A stretch of DNA of 64,000 nucleotides from Candidatus Woesearchaeota archaeon (GCA_964409555.1 CAYPDP010000001.1:3978-67977), one strand, 5' to 3'; shown: positions 28,355 through 37,621, counted from the first letter of the stretch. Made by a program: numbers and translations. The notes: generated by a model not told the origin, from the sequence alone.

Positions 28355-28729
28355 TTATAAAAATTCTTTTCTTTTTAGTTTATTAATATTATCAAAATTT
28401 AAGCTGAGTTTTCCGAAATCTTCAAAACATAATTTTACCATTTTATCTAACATTTTTTCTTGTTCTTCCATGAATGAGACAATTTCTTTTGGTATTGAAA
28501 TAGTATAACTGTTTCCGACAATTCTCATTTTTACTCTAAATTCTTTATTTTTTAAATTTATAAATTTATGGTATTCTTGTTCATCCAAAGGGTGAATTAT
28601 TTTTTCGTTACAATTTTTGTTAGGACATATTACTATTCTGAATGAGAAGCCATTTTTAAGAATATTTGCTTTTTGCATTTTTTTATTGCATTTTTTGCAT
28701 AATATTGTGTTGTCAAATATGTCGTTCAT
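28355..28729 (-). CDS. Zn-ribbon plus SpoVT/AbrB-domain putative transcription regulator
   Basis: CKKCNKKM...CPNKNC zinc ribbon followed by a swapped-hairpin signature RVKMRIVGNSYTISIPKEI. Stop/start abuts cdc48. Confidence 0.5.
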   Translation of the reverse strand: MNDIFDNTILCKKCNKKMQKANILKNGFSFRIVICPNKNCNEKIIHPLDEQEYHKFINLKNKEFRVKMRIVGNSYTISIPKEIVSFMEEQEKMLDKMVKLCFEDFGKLSLNFDNINKLKRKEFL

Positions 28730-28744
28730 TTTGTAAATATGAAT

Positions 28745-28772
28745 TACCCTTTCCTTTTTATGAGAAAGGGTA
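28745..28772. promoter_or_regulatory. 9-bp perfect inverted repeat TACCCTTTC-N10-GAAAGGGTA in the divergent promoter region
   Basis: Read directly from the sequence. Located 16 nt upstream of the AbrB-like regulator start. Confidence 0.4.
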
Positions 28773-28804
28773 AAATCTATGGGTAAAAGAGGTTAACACC
28801 GAAG

Positions 28805-28825
28805 TGTATACATCTATATGTATAC
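28805..28825. promoter_or_regulatory. Palindrome/direct repeat TGTATACA-N6-TGTATAC in the divergent promoter region
   Basis: GTATACAT-CTAT-ATGTATAC seen directly. Lies between divergent genes 28729(-) and 28923(+). Confidence 0.35.
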
Positions 28826-28922
28826 TTACAAATATATACTTTTTAAATGTTTCTGTTTTTTGTATAGTTAGAAATTTTTATAAATAAAACATTTTAAAAA
28901 CTATTATTAATTTTATTTTCTT

Positions 28923-29561
28923 ATGAGGTTTGGAAATTTAAAAAAAAGTTTTAATATTTTTTGGAGTAAATTTTGGTTTTTGCTTTGGAAGGATGATAGT
29001 TTTAAAGGATGGATATTATCAATTATAATTTTATTTATTTTAATAAAATTTATTTTTTTCCCATTTTTGAGTTTAGTTTCTGGTACTGAATTACCTTTAG
29101 CAATCGTCGAGTCTTGTAGCATGTATCATGATGGAAATTTATTTTCAAATTATGATAATTGGTGGTCAAGACATGAGAAAAAATATTTTTATTTTAATAT
29201 ATCTAAAAATGAATTTAAAGATTTTATATTTAAAAATGGATTTAATAAAGGAGATATTTTTCTTGTTACTGGTGCAAATATTGATAAATTAAAAGTTGGA
29301 GATGTTATAATATTCAATGTTAATTATAAAAATCCAGTGATTCATAGAATAATTAAAATAAAAGAAAAAAATAATAAAAGAATTTTTGAAACAATTGGGG
29401 ATAATAATAATGGTCAATTAGTTTTTGAGAAAAATATTATTCCTAATCAAATAATTGGGAGAGCTAGATTTAAAGTTGCCCCTTATTTTGGTTGGATAAA
29501 ATTAATTTTCTTTGAATCCTTTAAATCAAAATCTGAAAGAGGGTTTTGTAAAGAAAATTGA
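28923..29561 (+). CDS. Signal peptidase I (archaeal Sec11/S26B-like)
   Basis: N-terminal TM, catalytic-Ser region VESCSMYHDG (S(G)SM motif), GDIFLV...GDVIIFN...VIHRII boxes. Confidence 0.5.
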   Translation: MRFGNLKKSFNIFWSKFWFLLWKDDSFKGWILSIIILFILIKFIFFPFLSLVSGTELPLAIVESCSMYHDGNLFSNYDNWWSRHEKKYFYFNISKNEFKDFIFKNGFNKGDIFLVTGANIDKLKVGDVIIFNVNYKNPVIHRIIKIKEKNNKRIFETIGDNNNGQLVFEKNIIPNQIIGRARFKVAPYFGWIKLIFFESFKSKSERGFCKEN

Positions 29562-29618
29562 AAAACCAAAGATTTTTAAATAAACTTAAATAAAAATACA
29601 GATAGTTTTAATTTTAAA

Positions 29619-29933
29619 ATGGAATTTTGTCCAAAGTGTGGTGCTGTTCTTATTGATAAGAGAAAAAATTCAGGATGTCCTAGATGTAATTATTCTTCAA
29701 AAAATAAAATTAAGATAAAGACAAGTGAGAAGATTGAGAATAAAAATCCTGTTTATGTTGTAAAGGAGAAAGATAGTCAGGTAATGCCCATAGTTGATGG
29801 TGATTGTGTTAAATGTGGAAATCAGAAAGTTTATTTTTGGACCTTACAAACTCGTTCTAGTGATGAATCAGAGACTAAATTTTTTAAGTGTACAAATTCC
29901 AAATGTGAGCATACTTGGAGAGAGTATAGATAA
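29619..29933 (+). CDS. tfs: Transcription factor S (TFS; RNAP subunit M-like)
   Basis: N-terminal Zn ribbon CPKCG...CPRC and a C-terminal TFIIS-type ribbon with QTRSSDE acidic hairpin. Confidence 0.75.
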   Translation: MEFCPKCGAVLIDKRKNSGCPRCNYSSKNKIKIKTSEKIENKNPVYVVKEKDSQVMPIVDGDCVKCGNQKVYFWTLQTRSSDESETKFFKCTNSKCEHTWREYR

Positions 29934-29967
29934 AACTTAAAAACTTCTCTATTTAATATTAATTTAT

Positions 29968-30116
29968 GGCTCTGTAGCTCAGTTTGGTCAGAGCACCGGA
30001 CTCTTAAATGAGGGGCATTAATGTTCCCCTTACACTAACCCTTCCTTTTAGAAAATATTGAGGAAAATTAAAATAGAGAAATCCGGGTGTCGAGGGTTCA
30101 AATCCCTTCAGGGCCA
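29968..30116 (+). tRNA. tRNA-Lys (anticodon CUU) with a 74-nt intron 3' of the anticodon (canonical 37/38 position)
   Basis: Acceptor GGCTCTG/CAGGGCC, D arm GCTC-AGTTTGGTCA-GAGC, anticodon stem CCGGA/TCCGG, loop CTCTTAA, T arm GAGGG-TTCAAAT-CCCTT. Intron about 30007..30080 contains hairpin GAGGGG...CCCCT. CCA not encoded. Confidence 0.7.
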
Positions 30117-30439
30117 TATATTTTTTTATCTCTTATATAAATTATTCTTTGAGGATTTTTATTGCTTAATTTAAGAACATAAACTTCTTTTGATTCTTTT
30201 TCTAATTTTGAACAAAGAGAAATAATTTCTAAATAAGATTCTTTAAAGTCTTTTATCAGAGATATTTTTTTAAAGCCATTATCTTCCATTATTTTTTTTA
30301 TTCTATAATTAGATACTTTCTCTTTTGATATTTCTTCATTAATTCTTTTATTAATATCTTTATAAGGTGACAAATCTCCTTTTTTTAGAATATTAAGCCA
30401 GAAGGATATTTGCGGATCAATATTATTTTCATAAACCAT
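30098..30439 (-). CDS. Hypothetical protein; its last 6 codons overlap the tRNA 3' end on the opposite strand
   Basis: 113-aa ORF with no domain recognised. Overlaps tRNA positions 30098..30116. Confidence 0.25.
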   Translation of the reverse strand: MVYENNIDPQISFWLNILKKGDLSPYKDINKRINEEISKEKVSNYRIKKIMEDNGFKKISLIKDFKESYLEIISLCSKLEKESKEVYVLKLSNKNPQRIIYIRDKKIYGPEGI

Positions 30440-30534
30440 TTTTATGATTTAATTAAATCGTTTTTAAATATTTCTAAAAAACATAATTCAATTTAGAAGT
30501 ACTATTTATTTCAATTTTTTTCAGAGAATGGTAA

Positions 30535-30825
30535 TTATTTAACTAGAGTTTGTATTTGTTCAATTGCATCAGCAATTTCTCTTCCTTTCTTAGTTAGTTG
30601 TATAATTTTAATTCTTCCTTTCCTCTCAAATACAACTAACTTTAATATTTCTAGTGTTTGCAGAATTTTTACTGCATGGCTATAAGTACAATCTATTTCT
30701 TTAGCCAAAATACTACCGTATCTCATCCTATTGTTCTTTTTAAGAGATACCAACATTAGTGATGGCTTTCTTCTAAAAAAGATGTCAAAGTTATCTTTCA
30801 TTTTTGTGTTACACCCCTTTGACAT
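30535..30825 (-). CDS. Small winged-helix transcription regulator (ArsR/MarR-like)
   Basis: 96 aa. Helix-turn-helix ILAKEIDCTYSHAVKILQTLE followed by a wing, KGRIKIIQLTKKG. Confidence 0.5.
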   Translation of the reverse strand: MSKGCNTKMKDNFDIFFRRKPSLMLVSLKKNNRMRYGSILAKEIDCTYSHAVKILQTLEILKLVVFERKGRIKIIQLTKKGREIADAIEQIQTLVK

Positions 30826-30920
30826 TGATCTGTATAGTTTAATGTATATATTGAGAAAGTACTTTACTTTTAAACCTTTCGAAAAGTATTTTTCATAATA
30901 TTTATTAATGAATATAACTA

Positions 30921-31577
30921 TTGGAATATATGAAAGAATTATCTAAGAAAAAAGTTAAATCTCTAAGGAGAAAAAAAATAAAAATTTTGGTGGCAGGAGA
31001 TATTCATGGGGATACTGGTCTTGTGAAAAAGCTTGCTGGCAAAGCGAAAAAAGAAAATGTTGATATTGTTATTCTTGCGGGAGATTTAACTTTTGCAGAG
31101 AATTCTACAAAAGGAATTATTGGACCTTTTGCGAAAGCAAAAAAGTTAGTCTTATTACTTCATGGAAATCATGAGTCTTTGGCTACTTTAGATTTTTTAT
31201 CTGAGATGTATTCTAATGCAAGGAATTTACATGGTTATTCTTTTGTTAAAAATGATGTGGGAATTTTTGGAAGTGGGGGAGCTGATTTTGGAGTTTCACC
31301 AATGTCTGAAAAAGAATTTTTTAATACTTTAAAAAAAGCATATGAAGGGATTAAGGGAATAAAAAAGAAAATAATGGTTACTCATATGCATCCTTTTAAT
31401 TCAAAAGCAGAATTTTCTGGATTTCGAGGAAGTAAGGGAATTAGAAAAGCAATTGAAAAATTTAAGCCAGATATTTTATTATCTGGACATATTCATGAAG
31501 CAGAAGGAATTGAAGAGATTATTGGAAAAACAAGAGTTATTAATATTGGAAGAAAAGGAAAAATTATTGAAATTTAA
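30921..31577 (+). CDS. Calcineurin-like metallophosphoesterase
   Basis: GDIHGD, ILAGDLT, GNHE, and HMHP/GHIH motifs. Confidence 0.7.
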   Translation: MEYMKELSKKKVKSLRRKKIKILVAGDIHGDTGLVKKLAGKAKKENVDIVILAGDLTFAENSTKGIIGPFAKAKKLVLLLHGNHESLATLDFLSEMYSNARNLHGYSFVKNDVGIFGSGGADFGVSPMSEKEFFNTLKKAYEGIKGIKKKIMVTHMHPFNSKAEFSGFRGSKGIRKAIEKFKPDILLSGHIHEAEGIEEIIGKTRVINIGRKGKIIEI

Positions 31578-31585
31578 AAATAAAT

Positions 31586-31999
31586 TTATCTTATTCCAGT
31601 ATCTATATTAATATTAAATATTGTAATTTTATTATTTTTAATTGTAATTTTTTTTGGTAATTCCTTGTTAAATTGTTGCTGTTTTTCAAAATCAAGAAGA
31701 TATTCTCCTGTTGGAAGTTCTAATTTATAATTTCCATTTAAATTTGGATTAATTTTTGAGATTATTTTATTTTTATTAATATTCCAAATTATAATTTGTC
31801 TTGATTTATATGTTTCTGCTGTTGGTTGACATTCTGATTGTGGGGGAGATGTTTCAACAGGACAAAGAGGATTAATATTTATTTTTCCCTTTAAAAAGCC
31901 AGTTTTATTTATTTCTTTTTGTTTAGGAATATAAACAATTGCAAAAATTATTCCAATTAATAAAATAATAGTTAAAATATAATAATATTTTTTATCCAT
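31586..31999 (-). CDS. Hypothetical membrane-anchored extracytoplasmic protein
   Basis: N-terminal TM (ILTIILLIGIIFAIVYI) followed by a Cys/Pro-containing domain. Confidence 0.3.
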   Translation of the reverse strand: MDKKYYYILTIILLIGIIFAIVYIPKQKEINKTGFLKGKININPLCPVETSPPQSECQPTAETYKSRQIIIWNINKNKIISKINPNLNGNYKLELPTGEYLLDFEKQQQFNKELPKKITIKNNKITIFNINIDTGIR

Positions 32000-32059
32000 A
32001 TTTTTTTTACTATAATAGATTATTTAAATTTATTTAAATGCTTTTTATATAATAAATGT

Positions 32060-32926
32060 ATGAATATTAATAAAGTTTGTTTTAAGAAAAATCTTTTTGG
32101 GAAGTATATTGAAATAGTTATTTATGATATTGAGAATTTTTTAGCAGAAGATATTATTGAAGAAATGTATAAAGAAGCTATTAGATTACAGAAAATATTT
32201 AATTTTTTTGATGATTCTAGTGAAATTTCTTTATTAAATAAAAAAAGAAGTTTAAAAGTTTCTAATGAATTGTTGGAAGTTATTTTGAAAGCATTGAAAT
32301 TTTGTGAATTAACAAAAGGAGAATATGATATTTCTATAGGAAAAAAAATTGTTCAAAGAAAGAGAAATAATAATTTAATAGACATTAATTGTTCATATAA
32401 AGATATTGGGATTAAAGATAATTTAGTAATTCTTAATAATTTAGATGTTTTAATTGATTTAGGAAGTCTAGCAAAAGGTTATATTACTGATAAATTAATT
32501 GAATTTTTGAAATTAAAAGGTATAGAAAATGGATTAATAGATTCTCGAGGGGATATTTCTTTTTTTGGAAATCTGGAGCATATTATTTCTATAGAACATC
32601 CTAGGAAAAAAGAAAAAATTATATGTTCTATTAAATTAAAAAATGAATCTGTTGCAACTTCTGGAGATTATAAACAATTTAGTAAATCTTTTAAAAAATC
32701 ACATATTTTAAATCAAAAAGATGTTATTTCTGTAACTGTTGTTGCCCCTACTCTTGAAGAAGCAGATATATTTGCAACAGTATTATTTGTTTCTGATAAT
32801 AAACAAAGAGAAAATATTTTAAAAAATAATAAGAATATTAAAGTATTAATTATTAATAATAGATTAAATTTAAAAATGTATAATGGTTTCCAAGATTTAG
32901 TTTTTAAAATTGAAAATGAGATTTAG
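32060..32926 (+). CDS. apbE: FAD:protein FMN transferase (ApbE family)
   Basis: LGSLAKGYITD and VATSGDYKQF match ApbE signatures (LGGIAKGYA; ATSGDYER). No obvious signal peptide. Confidence 0.65.
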   Translation: MNINKVCFKKNLFGKYIEIVIYDIENFLAEDIIEEMYKEAIRLQKIFNFFDDSSEISLLNKKRSLKVSNELLEVILKALKFCELTKGEYDISIGKKIVQRKRNNNLIDINCSYKDIGIKDNLVILNNLDVLIDLGSLAKGYITDKLIEFLKLKGIENGLIDSRGDISFFGNLEHIISIEHPRKKEKIICSIKLKNESVATSGDYKQFSKSFKKSHILNQKDVISVTVVAPTLEEADIFATVLFVSDNKQRENILKNNKNIKVLIINNRLNLKMYNGFQDLVFKIENEI

Positions 32927-34229
32927 AATAATTGTTGGTTGGAGTGTAATTTTAATGTTATCTTTTAGTCCGATATTTTTATGGTTTTTTTTTGGTCCAG
33001 GAGTTAGTGAGTTGAATGATTATTCTTCAATAACAAATAGTTTGGGTGAGCTTTTAGGTTTAGTTGGAACTGTAATGCTTGCTTTAACTTTTGTTTTATC
33101 CACAAGAATTTCATTTATAGAAGATGTTTTCGGAGGTTTGGACAAGGTTTATATAACTCATGGGATAGTTGGTGGGCTTTCATTAATTTTTCTTCTTTTT
33201 CATCCTATATTTTTAGTTTTAAAGTTTATTCCAAAAGAAATTGATACTGCTGCAAAATATTTGCTTCCAAGTTCTAGTTGGGCTGTAAATTTTGGAATAA
33301 TTGCTCTTTTAGGAATAATTTTATTAGTTTTTTTAACATTATTTTCAAGAATGAGATATCATAGGTGGAAGTTTACACATGAATTTTTTGGATTGATGTT
33401 TTTATTTGCAGTATTACATATTTTTCTTGTAAGGGGAAATGCTTCAAAAGATTTTATTTTTCAAGGCTATTATATTTATGTTATAATTGTTTCAATTATT
33501 GGTTTTGGGGGATTTTCATATAGTTTATTTATAAAAAATAGACTTTTTAAAAATGCAATTTATTCTATATCTTCAATAGAAAACAATAAATCTTTTTTTA
33601 AAATTGTTTTAACTCCTGAACATAAACCTCTTGAATATAAATCTGGTCAATTCGTTTTTATTCGTTTTTATAATGAGAAATTATCTAAGGAAGCACACCC
33701 TTTTTCAATTGCCTCAAAATCAAATTCAAGAGAGATAATAATTATTGTTAAAAAATTAGGTGATTTTACAAATAGATTAGAACATTTAAATATTGGAGAT
33801 AAAGTTTCTATTGAAGGACCTTATGGGAGATTTAATTATAAGAAATTTATAGATAAAGAACAGATATGGATTGCAGGAGGAATTGGAATAACTCCTTTTT
33901 TAGGAATGGTTCAAGATTTAGAGACAGAATTTAATTTAAAGAAAAATATTGATATGTATTATTCAGTAAAAGAATATGGTGATTTTATAGGGTTGAATTT
34001 ATTAAAAGGTGCTGATTTTAAAATAAAGAAATTTAGATTTATTCCTTGGAATTCAGAAAAAAAAGGATATCTTACTTTAAAAGATATTTATGATGTTAGC
34101 GGAAAACTTAAAAATAAAGAGTTCTTTCTTTGTGGACCCCCTAAATTTAAAAATAGTATTGTAAAAAGTCTTTTAAATTTAGGTGTTTCCAAAAATAAAA
34201 TTCATGAGGAGATTTTTGATTTTAGATGA
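32910..34229 (+). CDS. NOX/ferric-reductase-type flavocytochrome (6-TM bis-heme domain plus FAD- and NAD(P)H-binding domains)
   Basis: Two His pairs 13-14 residues apart in TM helices (HGIVGGLSLIFLLFH; HEFFGLMFLFAVLH), HPFSIAS FAD motif, GGIGITPFL NAD motif, and C-terminal CGPP. Start overlaps the apbE end. Confidence 0.7.
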   Translation: MKMRFRIIVGWSVILMLSFSPIFLWFFFGPGVSELNDYSSITNSLGELLGLVGTVMLALTFVLSTRISFIEDVFGGLDKVYITHGIVGGLSLIFLLFHPIFLVLKFIPKEIDTAAKYLLPSSSWAVNFGIIALLGIILLVFLTLFSRMRYHRWKFTHEFFGLMFLFAVLHIFLVRGNASKDFIFQGYYIYVIIVSIIGFGGFSYSLFIKNRLFKNAIYSISSIENNKSFFKIVLTPEHKPLEYKSGQFVFIRFYNEKLSKEAHPFSIASKSNSREIIIIVKKLGDFTNRLEHLNIGDKVSIEGPYGRFNYKKFIDKEQIWIAGGIGITPFLGMVQDLETEFNLKKNIDMYYSVKEYGDFIGLNLLKGADFKIKKFRFIPWNSEKKGYLTLKDIYDVSGKLKNKEFFLCGPPKFKNSIVKSLLNLGVSKNKIHEEIFDFR

Positions 34230-34504
34230 GATTTAAAAAGTTAAGAATTGCAGTAGGAATATCTTTAGTAATATTTATACTTCTTGTTGGGAATATAATA
34301 GTTTTTGGAATGTCTGATGATAAATCAGAAGATTCTTCAAAATTATTAACTGATTTAACTTCAATAAATTCAACAATTAATGAAAATAAAATTAATACTA
34401 TTGAAAAGATTCCCGAAATAAAAAAGACAATTACTCAACAATCTCCAAGAATAGTTAGAAGACCAGTTATAATTTATCGTAGGAGAAGAACACGTGCTTC
34501 TTAG
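34226..34504 (+). CDS. Small membrane protein with an Arg-rich C-terminus
   Basis: ATGA overlap with the upstream gene. One TM helix and an ...IYRRRRTRAS tail. Confidence 0.3.
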   Translation: MRFKKLRIAVGISLVIFILLVGNIIVFGMSDDKSEDSSKLLTDLTSINSTINENKINTIEKIPEIKKTITQQSPRIVRRPVIIYRRRRTRAS

Positions 34505-34599
34505 TGATTTTTATTGAAATAACATATATAAATTTAATTTTTAGTTATTAATAAGAAATATAAACCTTATTTCTTCTGTATTTTTATATATTTATTAAA

Positions 34600-37062
34600 A
34601 TGCCTCGTAAAAAAATAAAATCCAAAGAAGAAAAGACTGCTGAGAATTATTTTCCAGTAGATAAAAGTAATTTAGATTATGCTACTGAAAAGTCTTTTGA
34701 TGCTTCTTTGATAAGTGATGAGAGAAAAGAATTGTTGAAGAAATCAGTTGAGATTCCTGTAAAATATTTTGAAAAAGAAATTTTAAAAAAAGAAATAACA
34801 AAAAGAGCTATTGAGAAAGAATACAAAAAGCCAGATAGAAGTATTCTAGAGACTGTTGAAAAAATTGGTAAATTGAAAAAATTAAGAAAAAAATCAAAAA
34901 AAAGAGTCTCTAAAAAAAAGACAATTTCTAAAAAGAAGATTTCTAAGAAAGAATTTAAACCTTTGGAAATAAATTTAAAGAAAAATGGTTATGAATTAAT
35001 AATAACTGAAAAGCCTCAAGCAGCTTTGAAAATTTCTTCTGCTTTGGGAAAATCTGTTAAGAGAGATAATCAAAAAGTTCCTTATTATGAAATTGAAAGA
35101 GATGGTAAAAAATTAGTTGTTGCCTGTGCTGTAGGGCATTTATTTACACTTAGTCAAAATGTTTCTGGTTCTAGTGTTCCAATTTTTGATATAAGCTGGG
35201 TTCCAAATTATCTTGTACGAAAAAAAGATTTTACAAAAAGGTATTATGATACTCTTTTGAAATTAGCGAAAAATGCCGGAACTATTACTGTTGCTACAGA
35301 TTATGATGTGGAGGGGGAAGTTATTGGATTAAATATTGTTAGATTTCTTTGTGGGCAAAAAGATGCAAATAGAATGAAATTCTCAACTCTTACTTCTGAT
35401 GAATTAAATCATGCATATGATTTTAAATCTTCTCAGATAGATTGGGGACAAGCAATTGCAGGGGAGACCAGACATTACCTTGATTGGTTTTACGGGATAA
35501 ATCTTTCAAGAGCTTTAATGAATTCAATAAAATCTACAGGGAAGTTTAGAATAATGTCTATTGGGCGAGTTCAAGGACCTACTTTAAATTTGATTGTACA
35601 AAAAGAAAGAGAGATACAAATGTTTAAACCAGAACCTTATTGGCAGATTTTCATAAAAATAATTGATAAAGATAAAAATGAACTTGAATTAAAATATTAT
35701 AAAGATATTTTTGAAAAAAAAGAATTAGATAAATTTAAAGATATAAAAAATAAAAAAGTACAAGTAGAAACAAAAAAATCTCAAGAAATTATTCCTCCTA
35801 ATTTTCCATTTAATCTTACAACTTTGCAAACTGAATCTTATAAATTTCATGGGATTACTCCTTCAAGGACTTTACAAATTGCACAATCTTTGTATTTGGG
35901 TGGTTTAATATCTTATCCAAGAACTTCTAGTCAGAAATTACCAGATTCAATTGATTATAAAAATATTCTTAAAAAATTATCTAAGAAATATAAAGTTGAA
36001 CATTTGATTAAAAAAGATAAGCCAATAGAAGGTAAGAAATCAGATCCTGCACATCCCTCGATTTATCCAACTGCACAGAATGATATAATTTTAAGTGGTG
36101 AGGATGAAAAAATATATAATTTAATTGTCAAGAGATTTCTTTCTTTATTTTGTGAAAATGCTTTAGTTGATAATAAAAAAATAATTGCAATTCTTGAGAA
36201 TAAAGATAAAGATTTGAAATTTTCAGTAAGAGGTTCTTCAATTAGTAAAAAAGCGTGGATGGAAATCTATCCTTCTAAATTAAAAGAATTAGAAATTAAA
36301 GATATGGATGGAGAAGCAGAAATAATTGATTCAAAAATTGAGGAGAAAGAAACTAAACCACCAAGAAGATATTCTCCTGCTTCAATTGTTTCTGAACTTG
36401 AGAAAAGGAATCTTGGAACAAAGGCTACAAGAGCAAATATTTTAGAAACACTTTATAGTAGAGGTTATATTAAAGAAAAAAGTATTGAAGCAACTTCTTT
36501 GGGTATATCTTTAATCGAAACACTTGAGAATTATTCTCCTGTAATAATTAATGAGTCTCTTACAAGAAAATTTGAAGAGGAAATGGATTTAATTAGAGAA
36601 TCAAAAAATAATTTTGAAGAAAAAGAAGATAAAGTAATTGAAAAAGCAAAAAGTTCAATAATTGAAATTTCAAAACATTTTGGTAAGAATATTAAGAAAA
36701 TAGGAGAGAATCTTTTGAATGCAAATATTAAATTAAGAGAAGAACAAAAAAAGGAAAATACTTTGACTCAATGTCCTTTGTGTAAAAATGGGAATCTTGC
36801 AATAACTTATTCTAAGAAAACAAAAAGACATTTTGTTGCCTGCAATGCTTATCCTAGTTGTAAGAATACTTTTAGTCTCCCCCCTAATGGAACAATAAAA
36901 AAAACAAAACAGATTTGTGAAGAGTGTGGCTTCCCTAAACTCATGTTATTGAAAGCTGGAAGAAGGCCTTGGATTTTTTGTTTTAATAAAGAATGTCCTA
37001 TAAATAAAGAAAGACTTGAAGAATATTATGAGAAAAAAAGACAGAAAGAAGCTGAGAAATAG
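34600..37062 (+). CDS. topA: Type IA DNA topoisomerase with a ~130-aa Lys-rich N-terminal extension and C-terminal Zn ribbons
   Basis: Toprim (ELIITEKP; VATDYDVEGEVIG), topo IA core (GLISYPRTSS with catalytic Tyr region), and C-terminal CPLCKNG...CNAYPSCKN and CEECG ribbons. Confidence 0.85.
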   Translation: MPRKKIKSKEEKTAENYFPVDKSNLDYATEKSFDASLISDERKELLKKSVEIPVKYFEKEILKKEITKRAIEKEYKKPDRSILETVEKIGKLKKLRKKSKKRVSKKKTISKKKISKKEFKPLEINLKKNGYELIITEKPQAALKISSALGKSVKRDNQKVPYYEIERDGKKLVVACAVGHLFTLSQNVSGSSVPIFDISWVPNYLVRKKDFTKRYYDTLLKLAKNAGTITVATDYDVEGEVIGLNIVRFLCGQKDANRMKFSTLTSDELNHAYDFKSSQIDWGQAIAGETRHYLDWFYGINLSRALMNSIKSTGKFRIMSIGRVQGPTLNLIVQKEREIQMFKPEPYWQIFIKIIDKDKNELELKYYKDIFEKKELDKFKDIKNKKVQVETKKSQEIIPPNFPFNLTTLQTESYKFHGITPSRTLQIAQSLYLGGLISYPRTSSQKLPDSIDYKNILKKLSKKYKVEHLIKKDKPIEGKKSDPAHPSIYPTAQNDIILSGEDEKIYNLIVKRFLSLFCENALVDNKKIIAILENKDKDLKFSVRGSSISKKAWMEIYPSKLKELEIKDMDGEAEIIDSKIEEKETKPPRRYSPASIVSELEKRNLGTKATRANILETLYSRGYIKEKSIEATSLGISLIETLENYSPVIINESLTRKFEEEMDLIRESKNNFEEKEDKVIEKAKSSIIEISKHFGKNIKKIGENLLNANIKLREEQKKENTLTQCPLCKNGNLAITYSKKTKRHFVACNAYPSCKNTFSLPPNGTIKKTKQICEECGFPKLMLLKAGRRPWIFCFNKECPINKERLEEYYEKKRQKEAEK

Positions 37063-37111
37063 ATTTATAGAATACCATAATTCTTAAAAACTTTATTTTA
37101 TTAATATATTT

Positions 37112-37621
37112 ATGACTATTGAAGATGAACTTACTAAAAAAGGAATTAAATATTCTATAAATAAGTTAAAGTTACCTAGAGAATTAAGTGCATTTCCTGG
37201 TTTAGATGATGTATTAAATTATTTTTGTAGAAAAAATAATATTTCTAAACCTGATAATGTAATTTCAATAAATAAAGGATTAATAGTTTCATGGGATAAT
37301 AGAAATCAGATATTTTTATCTAGAGAGATAAAAGGAGATTTACTTTCTTTTATGAATCCTCCTTTGAAGGATTTCTTTGGGAGAGGTAGAAATCATAAAT
37401 ATACTTCTAGAGAAGAAACTTATGAATTAAGTGGGGTTTTAAATGGGAAAAAAATATCTTTAAAATCAGAAATAATTTATTCTCAACATTATATTTTTAA
37501 AGAGAATTCAAGGAATTCTCTAAGATTTACACCTAAATTTTTACTCGAAGGAAAAGGAAAAAGAGATATTATTAGAAAAGATAATGAAAAATATTGGTTT
37601 TTAAGTGGTGTTAGAAAATAA
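37112..37621 (+). CDS. Hypothetical protein
   Basis: 169-aa ORF with no recognisable domain. Confidence 0.25.
   Translation: MTIEDELTKKGIKYSINKLKLPRELSAFPGLDDVLNYFCRKNNISKPDNVISINKGLIVSWDNRNQIFLSREIKGDLLSFMNPPLKDFFGRGRNHKYTSREETYELSGVLNGKKISLKSEIIYSQHYIFKENSRNSLRFTPKFLLEGKGKRDIIRKDNEKYWFLSGVRK

Noticed and set aside
28791-28800. GGTTAACACC in the cdc48-operon promoter as a third copy of the TTGTTAACA operator
   Set aside because: It shares only GTTAACA (7 nt) and lacks the flanking GTTTCA repeats. Too short to distinguish from chance.
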